From positions 4,424 through 68,423 of the forward strand of contig JAOZHB010000061.1 of the NCBI GenBank assembly GCA_026015035.1: a stretch of 64,000 nt of DNA, written 5' to 3'. Made by a program: the position numbers and the translations under genes. This document shows positions 19,908-28,403 of the stretch, piece by piece. Position 1 is the first letter of the stretch, and every line of letters begins with the position of its first letter. Under the pieces are notes generated by a model that made no database searches, had not been told where the DNA came from, and saw nothing but the letters and a program-made list of their open reading frames with translations. This stretch comes from Candidatus Bathyarchaeota archaeon (GTDB lineage Archaea; Thermoproteota; Bathyarchaeia; RBG-16-48-13; GCA-020355125).

Positions 19908-20090
19908 TTGAAGTGCCCGAAATGTAATTATCCGAAAGCAAAATACGTGGATAAAAAGTTTGAAGAGGTAAAAGAGACGCGGGAGCATCGCTCCAGGACG
20001 GGAGCTTCGTTTACGACAACCGTAACAAAAAGGAGAACTGTCTACAAAAGAGGCGTTTGCCCAAAGTGTAAACACACGTGGGAAGCGTAG
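19908..20090 (+). CDS. Small zinc-ribbon protein (60 aa)
   Basis: MKCPKCNYP...GVCPKCKHTWEA, two CPxC knuckles. TTG start 8 nt after GAGGGGG. Confidence 0.5.
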   Translation: MKCPKCNYPKAKYVDKKFEEVKETREHRSRTGASFTTTVTKRRTVYKRGVCPKCKHTWEA

Positions 20091-20183
20091 TTCTCAGTAA
20101 TGAATTCGTGGAAGCTGACCCTCCACATTATCTCTTGAGCCGTAACGAAGATCGGGAAACTCGCTGCAAAGGAAGACGTTGAA

Positions 20184-20194
20184 TAGCTAGCTAG
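20184..20194. repeat. (AGCT)n tract TAGCTAGCTAG
   Basis: 11 nt in register, in the convergent spacer between the stops at 20090 (+) and 20215 (-). Confidence 0.9.
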
Positions 20195-20214
20195 TTCACA
20201 GTCGATTCATTGAC

Positions 20215-20562
20215 TTACACGACGTGTCTTTGATTTCTTCCCGCGTCTCTCCTTCTTCGCGTTACATTAATTCGGGGAATCTTGTCTTTGTGCTTCTGAG
20301 TCACCGCGACGTCGTACTCTACAAAGTCACGGACAATTTTCACGAGGCTTTCCTCTATCTCTCTAAGCTCGTCTTCTGTAAACCTGGACATAAGGCGTAG
20401 GCTGCCAATCCAGCTCCTCCAACCGTGGACACTTCTGTCCAAGGCGTTGAGAGCGAGAATCATGGAGCTGATTATCTCCAATCTGTCCCTTTCCTTCTTG
20501 GTGGAGAGCTTCTCTATAGTTTTCAAGAGGTTTTCACTCTGACCAATCCATCTCTCAGTCAA
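20215..20562 (-). CDS. Hypothetical helical protein (115 aa)
   Basis: Clean ORF with charged helical composition and a basic C-terminal tail. Bounded on both sides by AGCT-register tracts. Confidence 0.55.
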   Translation of the reverse strand: MTERWIGQSENLLKTIEKLSTKKERDRLEIISSMILALNALDRSVHGWRSWIGSLRLMSRFTEDELREIEESLVKIVRDFVEYDVAVTQKHKDKIPRINVTRRRRDAGRNQRHVV

Positions 20563-20639
20563 TTTAATCGGATACGTATAGTGAACGGTGTTTTACTAAG
20601 CTTGCGGTTGAGAACTGGGTGCCAAAGACACTATTTATC

Positions 20640-20648
20640 CTAGCTAGC
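20640..20648. repeat. CTAGCTAGC tract
   Basis: 9 nt in register, in the divergent spacer between the starts at 20562 (-) and 20762 (+). Confidence 0.85.
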
Positions 20649-20761
20649 ATGCAATTCTTTCCCTGAAAAAGGAGTCAAGACAGGACATTTACTATAATGC
20701 CTTCATACTTAGCTTCACGCTAACATAAATACAAGCCAGAGACATAATACGTTGATTTGAG

Positions 20762-20920
20762 ATGGGGGAAGAACAGTCGGATGGGGAAGAACCTTCAGTA
20801 GAAGAGTTCTATTTACGCAATTGGATTATGGATGAAGAACAACTGTTTCACTTAATATTCTTTCTCATGTACATCGTCCCCATAATAATCCTTTCAGCCA
20901 TAATGGTATATTGGAGATAA
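20762..20920 (+). CDS. Small single-pass membrane protein (52 aa)
   Basis: My translation is MGEEQSDGEEPSVEEFYLRNWIMDEEQLFHLIFFLMYIVPIIILSAIMVYWR, an acidic head plus one TM helix. No strong RBS seen. Confidence 0.35.
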   Translation: MGEEQSDGEEPSVEEFYLRNWIMDEEQLFHLIFFLMYIVPIIILSAIMVYWR

Positions 20921-21050
20921 CGCTAGTCACCTCATGGAGTTCTCTAAAAAGAGACGCTTGATGGCGCGTAGGTTGCCTTTTTCATGAATTTATTTGATCG
21001 TTCAATACTGTAATCGATGCGGTATCGGTGACCGAAATTGGGCTTTGCCG

Positions 21051-21323
21051 TCAGGATGTCTTGTACTTCCTCCATGTGAAAACAAGTATAGCTGAAATGA
21101 TAAGCCAGAAGCCATAATCAAACAGTAAACTCAAAGACTGAATTGACCAGATGTCGACTGAGCCCGCAATAGAAACCGTTTGATGGAACAGCCACGGAAG
21201 AGGAAATCCAAACGTAAGGAGGACAAGATCTGGTACAGATTGAGGTTCGTTCCGAAGTAGGGAAGCTAATGTTAACAATAAGCCAAATGCGAATGAATAC
21301 AGCATCATTCTTCTTTTGCTCAT
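21051..21323 (-). CDS. Small membrane protein (90 aa, about 3 TM)
   Basis: Hydrophobic segments FAFGLLLTLASLL, LVLLTFGFPLPWLF and FWLIISAILVF, with a basic C-terminus. Confidence 0.5.
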   Translation of the reverse strand: MSKRRMMLYSFAFGLLLTLASLLRNEPQSVPDLVLLTFGFPLPWLFHQTVSIAGSVDIWSIQSLSLLFDYGFWLIISAILVFTWRKYKTS

Positions 21324-21484
21324 AGAACATGTACACGCTTCTTTATTCTTTGATGTTAGATGTCGGGTCTAATCTGCATATAATATCTCATCGTATAACG
21401 TCTTCATTTGTGTTGACTCCTGAATACTTCAACCACGTAACGATACAGCTGGCTGATTTCTACTCATTATTCCCCCACTGACTC

Positions 21485-21823
21485 TTACATATACCTACGG
21501 GATTGGGTTGATTTATTCCTTCGGAAGATATATATTCCTGCAATAACCCACAGGAAAATTGACAGCCCTATCAAGGCCTGAGTTTTAACTAAATACTGGT
21601 AGATAAATGAGTCAACTTCGTTGGTTTGAGTGATAATCTCAAGCAACCCCGGAACTTTGGGCCAAGGAAACAATGAACCGCTGGGCCCACTTGTCCAGGA
21701 AATAATTGTAGAGACAGGATCTTCATGCAGGTGTCTATCAGCCAGACCATGAACAGTTATCGTGTAGACTGTGAAGACCGTTGAAACGAGAAATAGGCCA
21801 ATTGCCTTTTTACTGAATTCCAT
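21485..21823 (-). CDS. Small membrane protein (112 aa, 2 TM)
   Basis: N-terminal TM AIGLFLVSTVFTVYTITV, C-terminal TM IGLSIFLWVIAGIYIF, and a basic tail. The layout loosely parallels the 21051 gene. Confidence 0.55.
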   Translation of the reverse strand: MEFSKKAIGLFLVSTVFTVYTITVHGLADRHLHEDPVSTIISWTSGPSGSLFPWPKVPGLLEIITQTNEVDSFIYQYLVKTQALIGLSIFLWVIAGIYIFRRNKSTQSRRYM

Positions 21824-22176
21824 ATCGTCGCCCCTTATCTACCTCAACAATATATCGGGCAACGGGGCTGATAATGCTATGTTTTAGAACGCGTTGTTCT
21901 TAAAATAGAACACAATAGAAAGATCCAAATGACAGAACCTAGGATTCACTCGTTACTATTCTGTTTATTCGTTCTGAAGAACAATCGGTATATCTTCAGT
22001 GGTTAATAAAAATTTGTTTTACGTGGTTATTCGACAATGAGAGACTCGTCGAAACGTTTAAGAGAAATAATGCTATTAGTTGGGAAGGTCTTTGAACGGT
22101 ATCCCAGAATTTCGAGAAAGTGGAACTGGGCTTTCAAAGCTGAATATGCTTAAGAAAAAGTTGGAGACTGACGACA

Positions 22177-22365
22177 TTGGTCAAGGGAACGCCATCCTTT
22201 GGAAAACACCATAAAACGCGAGCGATACGCTGTAGGCGATGTGGACGAAGATCTTACCATATACGACATAAAGCGTGTTCAGCCTGCGGCTTCGGAAAGA
22301 GCGAGAAGATACGGAGCTATTCTTGGCAAACAAAAAAAATTAACCGGACGACACGCATTCATTAA
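22177..22365 (+). CDS. rpl37e: 50S ribosomal protein L37e
   Basis: [40 protein letters not shown]...RSYSW, the textbook L37e N-terminus with a C4 zinc site. TTG start. Confidence 0.9.
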   Translation: MVKGTPSFGKHHKTRAIRCRRCGRRSYHIRHKACSACGFGKSEKIRSYSWQTKKINRTTRIH

Positions 22366-22618
22366 GGAGAAATGTGTGTTCGAGAAGAGCGTGAGGGGAA
22401 TTCCAGCGTTGGATTGTCCTCCCACGTTATCCACCTTAAAATGACACGCTGACACACGCAGAATAGCACTAGATGCTCTCCAGTTAACCAAGTAGATAAT
22501 TAATCAGAAATATTGTGTACGATCTTTCACGTTAACATCTTGGACACAATGATCTCTCGAATTATAGAATGATAAATAAAAGATTGGGTTGTTGCTGCTT
22601 CGACCTTAGAAGAAAGGT

Positions 22619-23896
22619 TTAGATTCGGATCTCTTCAGGGGGCACTTGAATCTCTGTCGTGGGGTATATAGCAACTGTAGGTGTACCTGAATGTGTTTGC
22701 TGAAGCTCTTCTAACACGTTGTCCCACTCTTTTAGCCACATCATCTCGTTTGGCGCTCCGATCACAAGCAATGGTTCCTTCACCGGATACTGGGAGTACA
22801 CGATTAGCTTTCCGATTTTTGGATACCGCTTTCCTCTAAACAGTCTGCCGCCGATCTTTTGTCCAAATTTTCCATAGAGGTAGTGGGTACATTGTCCGTC
22901 AGGGGCATTGGCGATCAGGACAACGGTTCCGTTTTTTCGAACCGTTTTCTGTGCAAGCCACATGGCTAGACCCGCCTCATTGGACTTGGCGTACGTATTC
23001 GCGACCACGATGTCCACATCTTTGGGGGGGTGCGTGGCATACACCTTCGTGGCTCTCTTCGTCCCTGCGCGAAACGCTTTGGAGACGTCTCCGACGAAGA
23101 GGCCTGCCGTTTGGCATCGGCCATTCAAAATCGCGTCAATCTTGATATCCAGTCCAGACAGCTTGGCGGCTTCTTCAGCATCAAGTTGAGGGACGTTTCC
23201 TGCTAACTTGCCCCAGCCAGCTGATGGACGGGGTTGGGCTTCTGTCGCTGTCTGACTTCCTTCAGCAAGAAACCTGGGGCGTATAAAATGATTGTAGCGT
23301 ACTGTATCGAAACCTGCTATTCCCGGTAGGATGATTTTGGGTCCACCGCCGAAGCCGGTGATCGGGTGTGGAACGATGCATCCAATAGCTATCCGCAAGT
23401 CGCACTCCATAAATTCGCTATTAACATGGACTGGCGTCCCTCTACTTGTATCGCCCACGTGGGTCAAGTACCCAAAGGGGTTATGATTGTAGACAGGGAA
23501 CTGCTCAACCACCTCTTCTCCCAGCTTCTTGATAAAGTCAGCTCGATCTGCGGCGCCATGCATGCCAAGAGCCATAATGAAGCGTATATGGTCGTTGGAT
23601 ATGCCGTTATCGTTCAGCTCTTTGAGGAGAAACGGTATAATCTGGTAGGCCCGGGTTGGTCGCGTCATATCGTCTACAACTATCACGGCCTCTTTGCGTG
23701 TTTTAGCCAGTTCACCGACAGTCCTTGAGCCGATAGGGCTTGAGAGCGCTGTTTTGATTCCCCTGTCATCCAACGGTGAGAGGCTATCTCCGTCCATGGG
23801 ATACGTTTTAACATTCCACTTCGACGGAAATCGAAGACGAAGCGATGTATCACCATACCATAAAAGTGTTGGCATTGAAACTTCAATCATACTCAT
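22619..23896 (-). CDS. larA: LarA-like nickel-pincer-dependent racemase/epimerase (DUF2088 family)
   Basis: 425 aa with VVDDMTRPTR, ALGMHG, VYNHNP, GTPVHVN, GCIVPHPITGFGGGPKIILPG and RYNH, which is the LarA motif order. Confidence 0.8.
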   Translation of the reverse strand: MSMIEVSMPTLLWYGDTSLRLRFPSKWNVKTYPMDGDSLSPLDDRGIKTALSSPIGSRTVGELAKTRKEAVIVVDDMTRPTRAYQIIPFLLKELNDNGISNDHIRFIMALGMHGAADRADFIKKLGEEVVEQFPVYNHNPFGYLTHVGDTSRGTPVHVNSEFMECDLRIAIGCIVPHPITGFGGGPKIILPGIAGFDTVRYNHFIRPRFLAEGSQTATEAQPRPSAGWGKLAGNVPQLDAEEAAKLSGLDIKIDAILNGRCQTAGLFVGDVSKAFRAGTKRATKVYATHPPKDVDIVVANTYAKSNEAGLAMWLAQKTVRKNGTVVLIANAPDGQCTHYLYGKFGQKIGGRLFRGKRYPKIGKLIVYSQYPVKEPLLVIGAPNEMMWLKEWDNVLEELQQTHSGTPTVAIYPTTEIQVPPEEIRI

Positions 23897-23914
23897 AACT
23901 CCTTACCTATTGTA

Positions 23915-23923
23915 AGCTAGCTA
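23915..23923. repeat. (AGCT)n tract AGCTAGCTA
   Basis: 9 nt in register, 19 nt upstream of the larA-like start codon. Confidence 0.85.
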
Positions 23924-23934
23924 TCATATTTCCT

Positions 23935-23969
23935 TATATCATTTCTTATGTTTGTACACCTATATCATT
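23935..23969. promoter_or_regulatory. Two exact TATATCATT 9-mers 26 nt apart upstream of the larA-like gene
   Basis: TATATCATT at 23935-23943 and 23961-23969, plus the related CTATCATATT at 23921-23930. The location, 40-75 nt upstream of the minus-strand start, fits a TATA/operator role. Confidence 0.3.
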
Positions 23970-24237
23970 ATCAGAAATAACTTTATTTGGTTTTGGGGCA
24001 AAAATAATCCAGTTTATCAAAATAGGGTTGCGTTCGGCTAAAGTTCCTCAAAAGCGATTTATCGCTGAAAAATGTTCTGTGCGCGAATCTACGTTTGTTT
24101 ATATGTGCTTATTGGCTTTGTCAAGGTGTGAAGTAGGGAGGTCACCCATAGCCTGCGACGTTAGTTCGTTAGCAATATAAGTTTTCCTTTTTCGAGTGGG
24201 AAAAACTATGTGACGTCCTTGACGTCTGGTTCTCAGC

Positions 24238-24879
24238 CTAAATGCTGCTGCCTTCTGTTGTGACGGTGTGTTCTACCTCGAAGGGTCTCAGCTTGTTTAG
24301 GATGACGTGAAGCATCGTCCACGTGGCGAAATAGGCCACAAAGGCGTGGGGGGTCGTCCATCCTCCAGCGTAGTACATGACGCCTCTCTGAATGAGGCTC
24401 CATTCAGCTGCGGCTCCTCCCGCTCCAAAGAATAGTAAGTTGAGTAGGATGAGAGAGTACCGTAGGGATGGATTCGATTGGTTTCGATACTTCGATATGA
24501 AGGAGGTGTGTGCAGATAGGACGTATAGTGCCCAAGCGGTTCCGCCGAAGAAACAGGTAAGCATCACTTCGATGGGCACGGCTAAAATAAAAAGGGAGCT
24601 GCCAGTGGTGCCCCAATAATCAAAAACGAGGGTGCCTACATTCTCAAAGACAAAGTCGAAGACCATTAAAAACGTTCCAAGGAGTAAGGCGGCTTTCAGA
24701 TTCTTCGGAGTGCTCTTTCGATACTCAAACAGGAACAATACCACTGAAATCGACGGAATGATCCACCAGTTGAAGGGCATTGAAGAAGGGATTAGAAAGA
24801 CGCCTAGTCCAAAAAAGAAGATAACGAACTCGAAGACATAGTCATAGATTGAGCGTTCGGTATTCATTGATTTATTCAT
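24238..24879 (-). CDS. Polytopic membrane protein, unknown function
   Basis: 213 aa with 6-7 hydrophobic helices. No catalytic motif recognised. Confidence 0.65.
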   Translation of the reverse strand: MNKSMNTERSIYDYVFEFVIFFFGLGVFLIPSSMPFNWWIIPSISVVLFLFEYRKSTPKNLKAALLLGTFLMVFDFVFENVGTLVFDYWGTTGSSLFILAVPIEVMLTCFFGGTAWALYVLSAHTSFISKYRNQSNPSLRYSLILLNLLFFGAGGAAAEWSLIQRGVMYYAGGWTTPHAFVAYFATWTMLHVILNKLRPFEVEHTVTTEGSSI

Positions 24880-25176
24880 CTCGTACCCGGGTAAACATTT
24901 TATACCACCATCAACAGAGGAGCGATTTATAGGTTTCTATCAAGAAAGCTGAAATATAGTTTGTTCCGTCGTAGAGCGGGGAGGAGACACTCACCGCAGC
25001 TTGATAGATCTGGCGTAAATAGTGTGGTGAAATAATCCGCTTTGCTGGGGAGAGGGGGGACACCTTACCTGGTGGCTGATTATGATTACCTGATTGAAGA
25101 GGTGAGGTGATCGAGGTGAAAGACGCGTATCGGCGTCTTGGGAGATGTACATTACGACATTAGCATTTCTTTGCGA

Positions 25177-25188
25177 AGCTAGCTAGCT
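25177..25188. repeat. (AGCT)3 perfect 12-mer AGCTAGCTAGCT
   Basis: Context is GCGAAGCTAGCTAGCTCT, in the 450-nt spacer between 24879 and 25329. Confidence 0.95.
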
Positions 25189-25328
25189 CTACTTTTTATT
25201 TCCGTGTGAAGTTATCTCGGACAATAATCTATTGAGTGTACTTGACATACCGTTCCCTGGACTCTTTTCCCTCTTAACCGTTGATTAGGCATTCAGTCTT
25301 ACGGGTTACAGCTAAACCGCTCATTTGT

Positions 25329-26222
25329 CTAACATTCAAGGTAGGGAACGTCAATGAGATGGGGAATGTAGTGCTGAGGACGATGGTAGTACTCGTTTTT
25401 TTCGCCTAGCAGTTCCCCGTGATCTGACGTGACCACGATTTTACCTTGTAAGCGGTTTATAAGTTTGGCCACATGCTTTAGCACGATCCTCACATTTGCC
25501 TCGTAGGCTCTTCGTAATCCTTTTCGTCCTACTAATCGTAAAGCGTCGTTCATAGGTAGTGATGGTAAGGGTCCGAAAAGTCTGCCAATTTTCCAAACCG
25601 CTCTGTTTACTAATGCACCCTTAAAAAAACGTGATTCGCCGGACAGGATCTTCCAGAAGTGTCTGATAACGCGGTTCCGTAACAAGAACACCCCGGAACG
25701 GAGTTTATCTGGTGATAGAACGGCTTCGGGAGCATGATTGGCGAGGGAAATGTACGGGGCATGCGGCTGCAGGTAGTGGATGATCAACCTCTTGTCGGGA
25801 TACGCAAGCGTTGCGGTGATGGTGGCTGCATTCACCTCCTCGGGAGGAACAGTTCCTACGGTCTCATTCCATCCGAAGTCCCACACATCAACAATTTTGT
25901 GAAAATGGTCTCTGGCATCAAACCCTACCACGTCTACACCCCTCGAATTAACGTAGGGATTTGCAGAAACATAGACGACGTCGTTGTATCGACTCGTAAA
26001 CGTCTTTTTCAACCATTCTGACGTAGCTGAGGCAGGAGATCGGGCTTTTCGCAGCGTACCCCGCAGGTAGTTCCCGTAGACTTTTTGAAAATAGTCGTAT
26101 CGACAGGCATCTAAGATGATGAGGTAATCCCACTTCTCCTCCATTAGATTCGTTGCACCTTTTCCCTCTATCACATAGTCCCGCACATGCATCACGACAG
26201 TCTGAAGAATACCGAGGTTCAT
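25329..26222 (-). CDS. Alkaline-phosphatase-superfamily enzyme (type I phosphodiesterase/nucleotide pyrophosphatase-like)
   Basis: 297 aa with LIILDACRYDYF (compare DGxRxDY), HYLQPHAPY and VVTSDHGELLGE (SDHG metal site). The start may be an internal Met. Confidence 0.7.
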   Translation of the reverse strand: MNLGILQTVVMHVRDYVIEGKGATNLMEEKWDYLIILDACRYDYFQKVYGNYLRGTLRKARSPASATSEWLKKTFTSRYNDVVYVSANPYVNSRGVDVVGFDARDHFHKIVDVWDFGWNETVGTVPPEEVNAATITATLAYPDKRLIIHYLQPHAPYISLANHAPEAVLSPDKLRSGVFLLRNRVIRHFWKILSGESRFFKGALVNRAVWKIGRLFGPLPSLPMNDALRLVGRKGLRRAYEANVRIVLKHVAKLINRLQGKIVVTSDHGELLGEKNEYYHRPQHYIPHLIDVPYLEC

Positions 26223-26306
26223 AATAAGCTTTAATAATTATCCTTGTAATCAAGACGTGTAACCCTACTCAATAGCGGAGTCCTCTGTCGACGCGTTACA
26301 GATCTG

Positions 26307-27266
26307 GTGAAAGTGTTGGATCGACATACATCGTTCGGAAATACACAGGCAAAGAAGGCCAGAGTGCTCTTCAGAGAGTTTTACGTTCTTCTGAAGAATT
26401 GTCGCTTTCACCTCATCGCTCCCTACATCAATGGGTTCGTTGTACTGTTTGGTTTTCTCAGCGCATCGGAGATGAGCGAGTTCCTCTCCATTAACACCGC
26501 CTTGGTGTTCCTGTTTTCAATCCTGCACACGGGAGCCATTTACTCGTTGAATAACGTGTATGATGTGGAATCCGATGCGAAGCAATTGACCGCCAGTGAA
26601 GACTTCGCTCGTTGGAACCTTTCCGCGAAGAATCAAGTAGCTTTAGGAAACGTTTCCAAAGGAAAGGCCTCTCTCTTTTCCCTCGGCCTATTCTGTTTAT
26701 CGACACTGTATTTCTATTTTGCTGGCGGACTCTGGGCCGCCTTTTTCGCGATGATCATATTCATCGTCGGATGGGCGTATTCAGCACCTCCACTCAAACT
26801 AAAGAACCGATTTCTGTTAGATTTGGTTATCCATGGCCTTTTCTGGGGGAGTTTCCTCTTTCTCATGGGCTCCTCTATGAAGCGCATTGGTTCCTTACAC
26901 TCAGTCATGCCCCACTTGATCCTCATCTTCTTCGCGTCCATTCTCTGGGAGTTACACAATTACTTTGAGGATTATCATGCAGATAAGGAGACGGGCAGCC
27001 GTACCTTCGTAGTGAGACTCGGACTGAGGCGGTCCTTTTACGTATACCTGCTTCTGGTCGGCGGAGCCATCGCTTACTCTCTCTTTCTCATACCCATAAT
27101 GTGGTCAACGACTGCATTTCTCGGCGCAATGATCCTGTATCTGGTCAGCGGACTGAAGACTGCCAAGGAAAACGCTTTGAAAACCATGTTTCTACCTCGA
27201 AAACACTTCTACGTGGCGAACATCTTTTTACTTCTCTGGATCGCAACGTCCCTCTACTTTCGATAA
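26307..27266 (+). CDS. UbiA-family aromatic/polyprenyl-phosphate prenyltransferase
   Basis: 319 aa with about 8 TM helices. First Asp-rich motif NNVYDVESD, second YFEDYHADKETG. Confidence 0.85.
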   Translation: MKVLDRHTSFGNTQAKKARVLFREFYVLLKNCRFHLIAPYINGFVVLFGFLSASEMSEFLSINTALVFLFSILHTGAIYSLNNVYDVESDAKQLTASEDFARWNLSAKNQVALGNVSKGKASLFSLGLFCLSTLYFYFAGGLWAAFFAMIIFIVGWAYSAPPLKLKNRFLLDLVIHGLFWGSFLFLMGSSMKRIGSLHSVMPHLILIFFASILWELHNYFEDYHADKETGSRTFVVRLGLRRSFYVYLLLVGGAIAYSLFLIPIMWSTTAFLGAMILYLVSGLKTAKENALKTMFLPRKHFYVANIFLLLWIATSLYFR

Positions 27267-27340
27267 GCGACCTTCGAATTGACGCTCTAGAGGTTTCCTA
27301 AAAAACCTTCAACTCAAATGGTAAGTCGTCGCTTTTCAGG

Positions 27341-28045
27341 TTAGTGGTTTATCAATTTTTGTCTCGCAGCGTCCAGTTGTTTGATGTTGTTGATGGTTAA
27401 CCAGTCTCCGTCCAACTCCGTTGAGTAGAGTACATTGTCGTGCGCCATTCTCTGCAGAGCAGTATCTTCAAAGTTACCTTTTTGCGGAAAATATTTTCTC
27501 ACTCCTTCTTTCGTGAAGGCGTAGTGGCCTGAGCATATCTTGTAATCGAGCCACGGCTTTTGCTTAAACCCTTGAACTCTGTCGCTTGACACCTCCACAA
27601 TTCCGAAGGGAAATTGGGCGCGCGTGAGAAGTATGCTTCCTTGAGCGTCTTGATTTTTCTGGAAGGTTTCCAAGAGGAGGGAGGGGGCATAGGTTTTGGA
27701 GAGGATGATGTCGTCGACGTTCATCACGTAAACGGATGAAGAGTCCACGTGTTCTATGGCTAGTTTTATGGCTCCGCCCGTTCCAAGTCGCTCCTCTTCA
27801 ATGGAACACGTGACTCTGTCCAAGAGGGATACTTCTTTCGCTCTCAGGCTTGTATAGGTTTCGCGGTCTATGGCGAGGATAACGCGGTTTATCCCCGAGT
27901 TGAAGAGCCATTTCACCTGATATTCAAGCAGGGTAACGCCGGGCAGTACTTCTGCAAAAGCCTTGCTGAAGGGTAAGTAGGGCTTCATCCTCTTAGCCGC
28001 TCCTCCGCAGAGGACGATGCTCTCCACCAACTCTTCGCCGTTCAT
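27341..28045 (-). CDS. Sugar-phosphate nucleotidyltransferase (NTP-transferase fold)
   Basis: 234 aa with IVLCGGAAKRMKP (GGxGxR-type loop), LGTGGA and VMNVDDI. Confidence 0.85.
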   Translation of the reverse strand: MNGEELVESIVLCGGAAKRMKPYLPFSKAFAEVLPGVTLLEYQVKWLFNSGINRVILAIDRETYTSLRAKEVSLLDRVTCSIEEERLGTGGAIKLAIEHVDSSSVYVMNVDDIILSKTYAPSLLLETFQKNQDAQGSILLTRAQFPFGIVEVSSDRVQGFKQKPWLDYKICSGHYAFTKEGVRKYFPQKGNFEDTALQRMAHDNVLYSTELDGDWLTINNIKQLDAARQKLINH

Positions 28046-28047
28046 GT

Positions 28048-28203
28048 TTATTCCGTCCTCTCGAAATACGTGAATAATTCTTTTATGGGTTTCTCCTGTA
28101 CTATAGGCCGTGAACTTTTATTTAAGTACGTGCTGATGTCCTCGTTTGTATTGAATGCCACTCCCTCTCCTTCTATTTGGCCCCACATCGTACGTACGAT
28201 CAT
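28048..28203 (-). CDS. Micro-ORF (51 aa), translationally coupled
   Basis: My translation is MIVRTMWGQIEGEGVAFNTNEDISTYLNKSSRPIVQEKPIKELFTYFERTE. Its ATG overlaps the upstream TGA (ATGA), and its TAA ends 2 nt before the nucleotidyltransferase ATG. Confidence 0.35.
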   Translation of the reverse strand: MIVRTMWGQIEGEGVAFNTNEDISTYLNKSSRPIVQEKPIKELFTYFERTE

Positions 28204-28403
28204 TTCTGGGAGGGCGTGACGAGTACTGCTTGTTGTTTTTTGCGGATTTTCTCAAGCTCCGTCTTGAGTGAACGATGTGGTAACGGTTTTACCCCTCCAA
28301 GACTGAGTAGTCGGTTGAAGATAGACTTAAGAGTTTTACGCTGGCGTATACCATCTTGAAAGTAGTCAGCCACCGATCCAATCGGTAACGAGTTTTGGAC
28401 CAT
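28200..28403 (-). CDS. Micro-ORF (67 aa), translationally coupled
   Basis: The ORF-track entry begins MVQNSLPIGS.... Its ATG overlaps the TAA of the oxidoreductase gene (TAATG). Confidence 0.45.
   Translation of the reverse strand: MVQNSLPIGSVADYFQDGIRQRKTLKSIFNRLLSLGGVKPLPHRSLKTELEKIRKKQQAVLVTPSQK

Noticed and set aside
19654-19941. 95-aa minus-strand ORF
   Set aside because: It overlaps the start of the 19908 zinc-ribbon gene and has no RBS and odd composition. It could be real, but I cannot support it.
22199-22444. 81-aa ORF overlapping rpl37e in another frame
   Set aside because: The rpl37e frame is an unmistakable ribosomal protein, so the overlapping frame is a by-product.
24880-25328. 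Short broken reading frames (ADYDYLIEEVR / VIEVKDAYRRLGR) that hinted at a decayed gene
   Set aside because: The fragments are under 20 codons each, in different frames, with nothing recognisable. This is insufficient to call a pseudogene.
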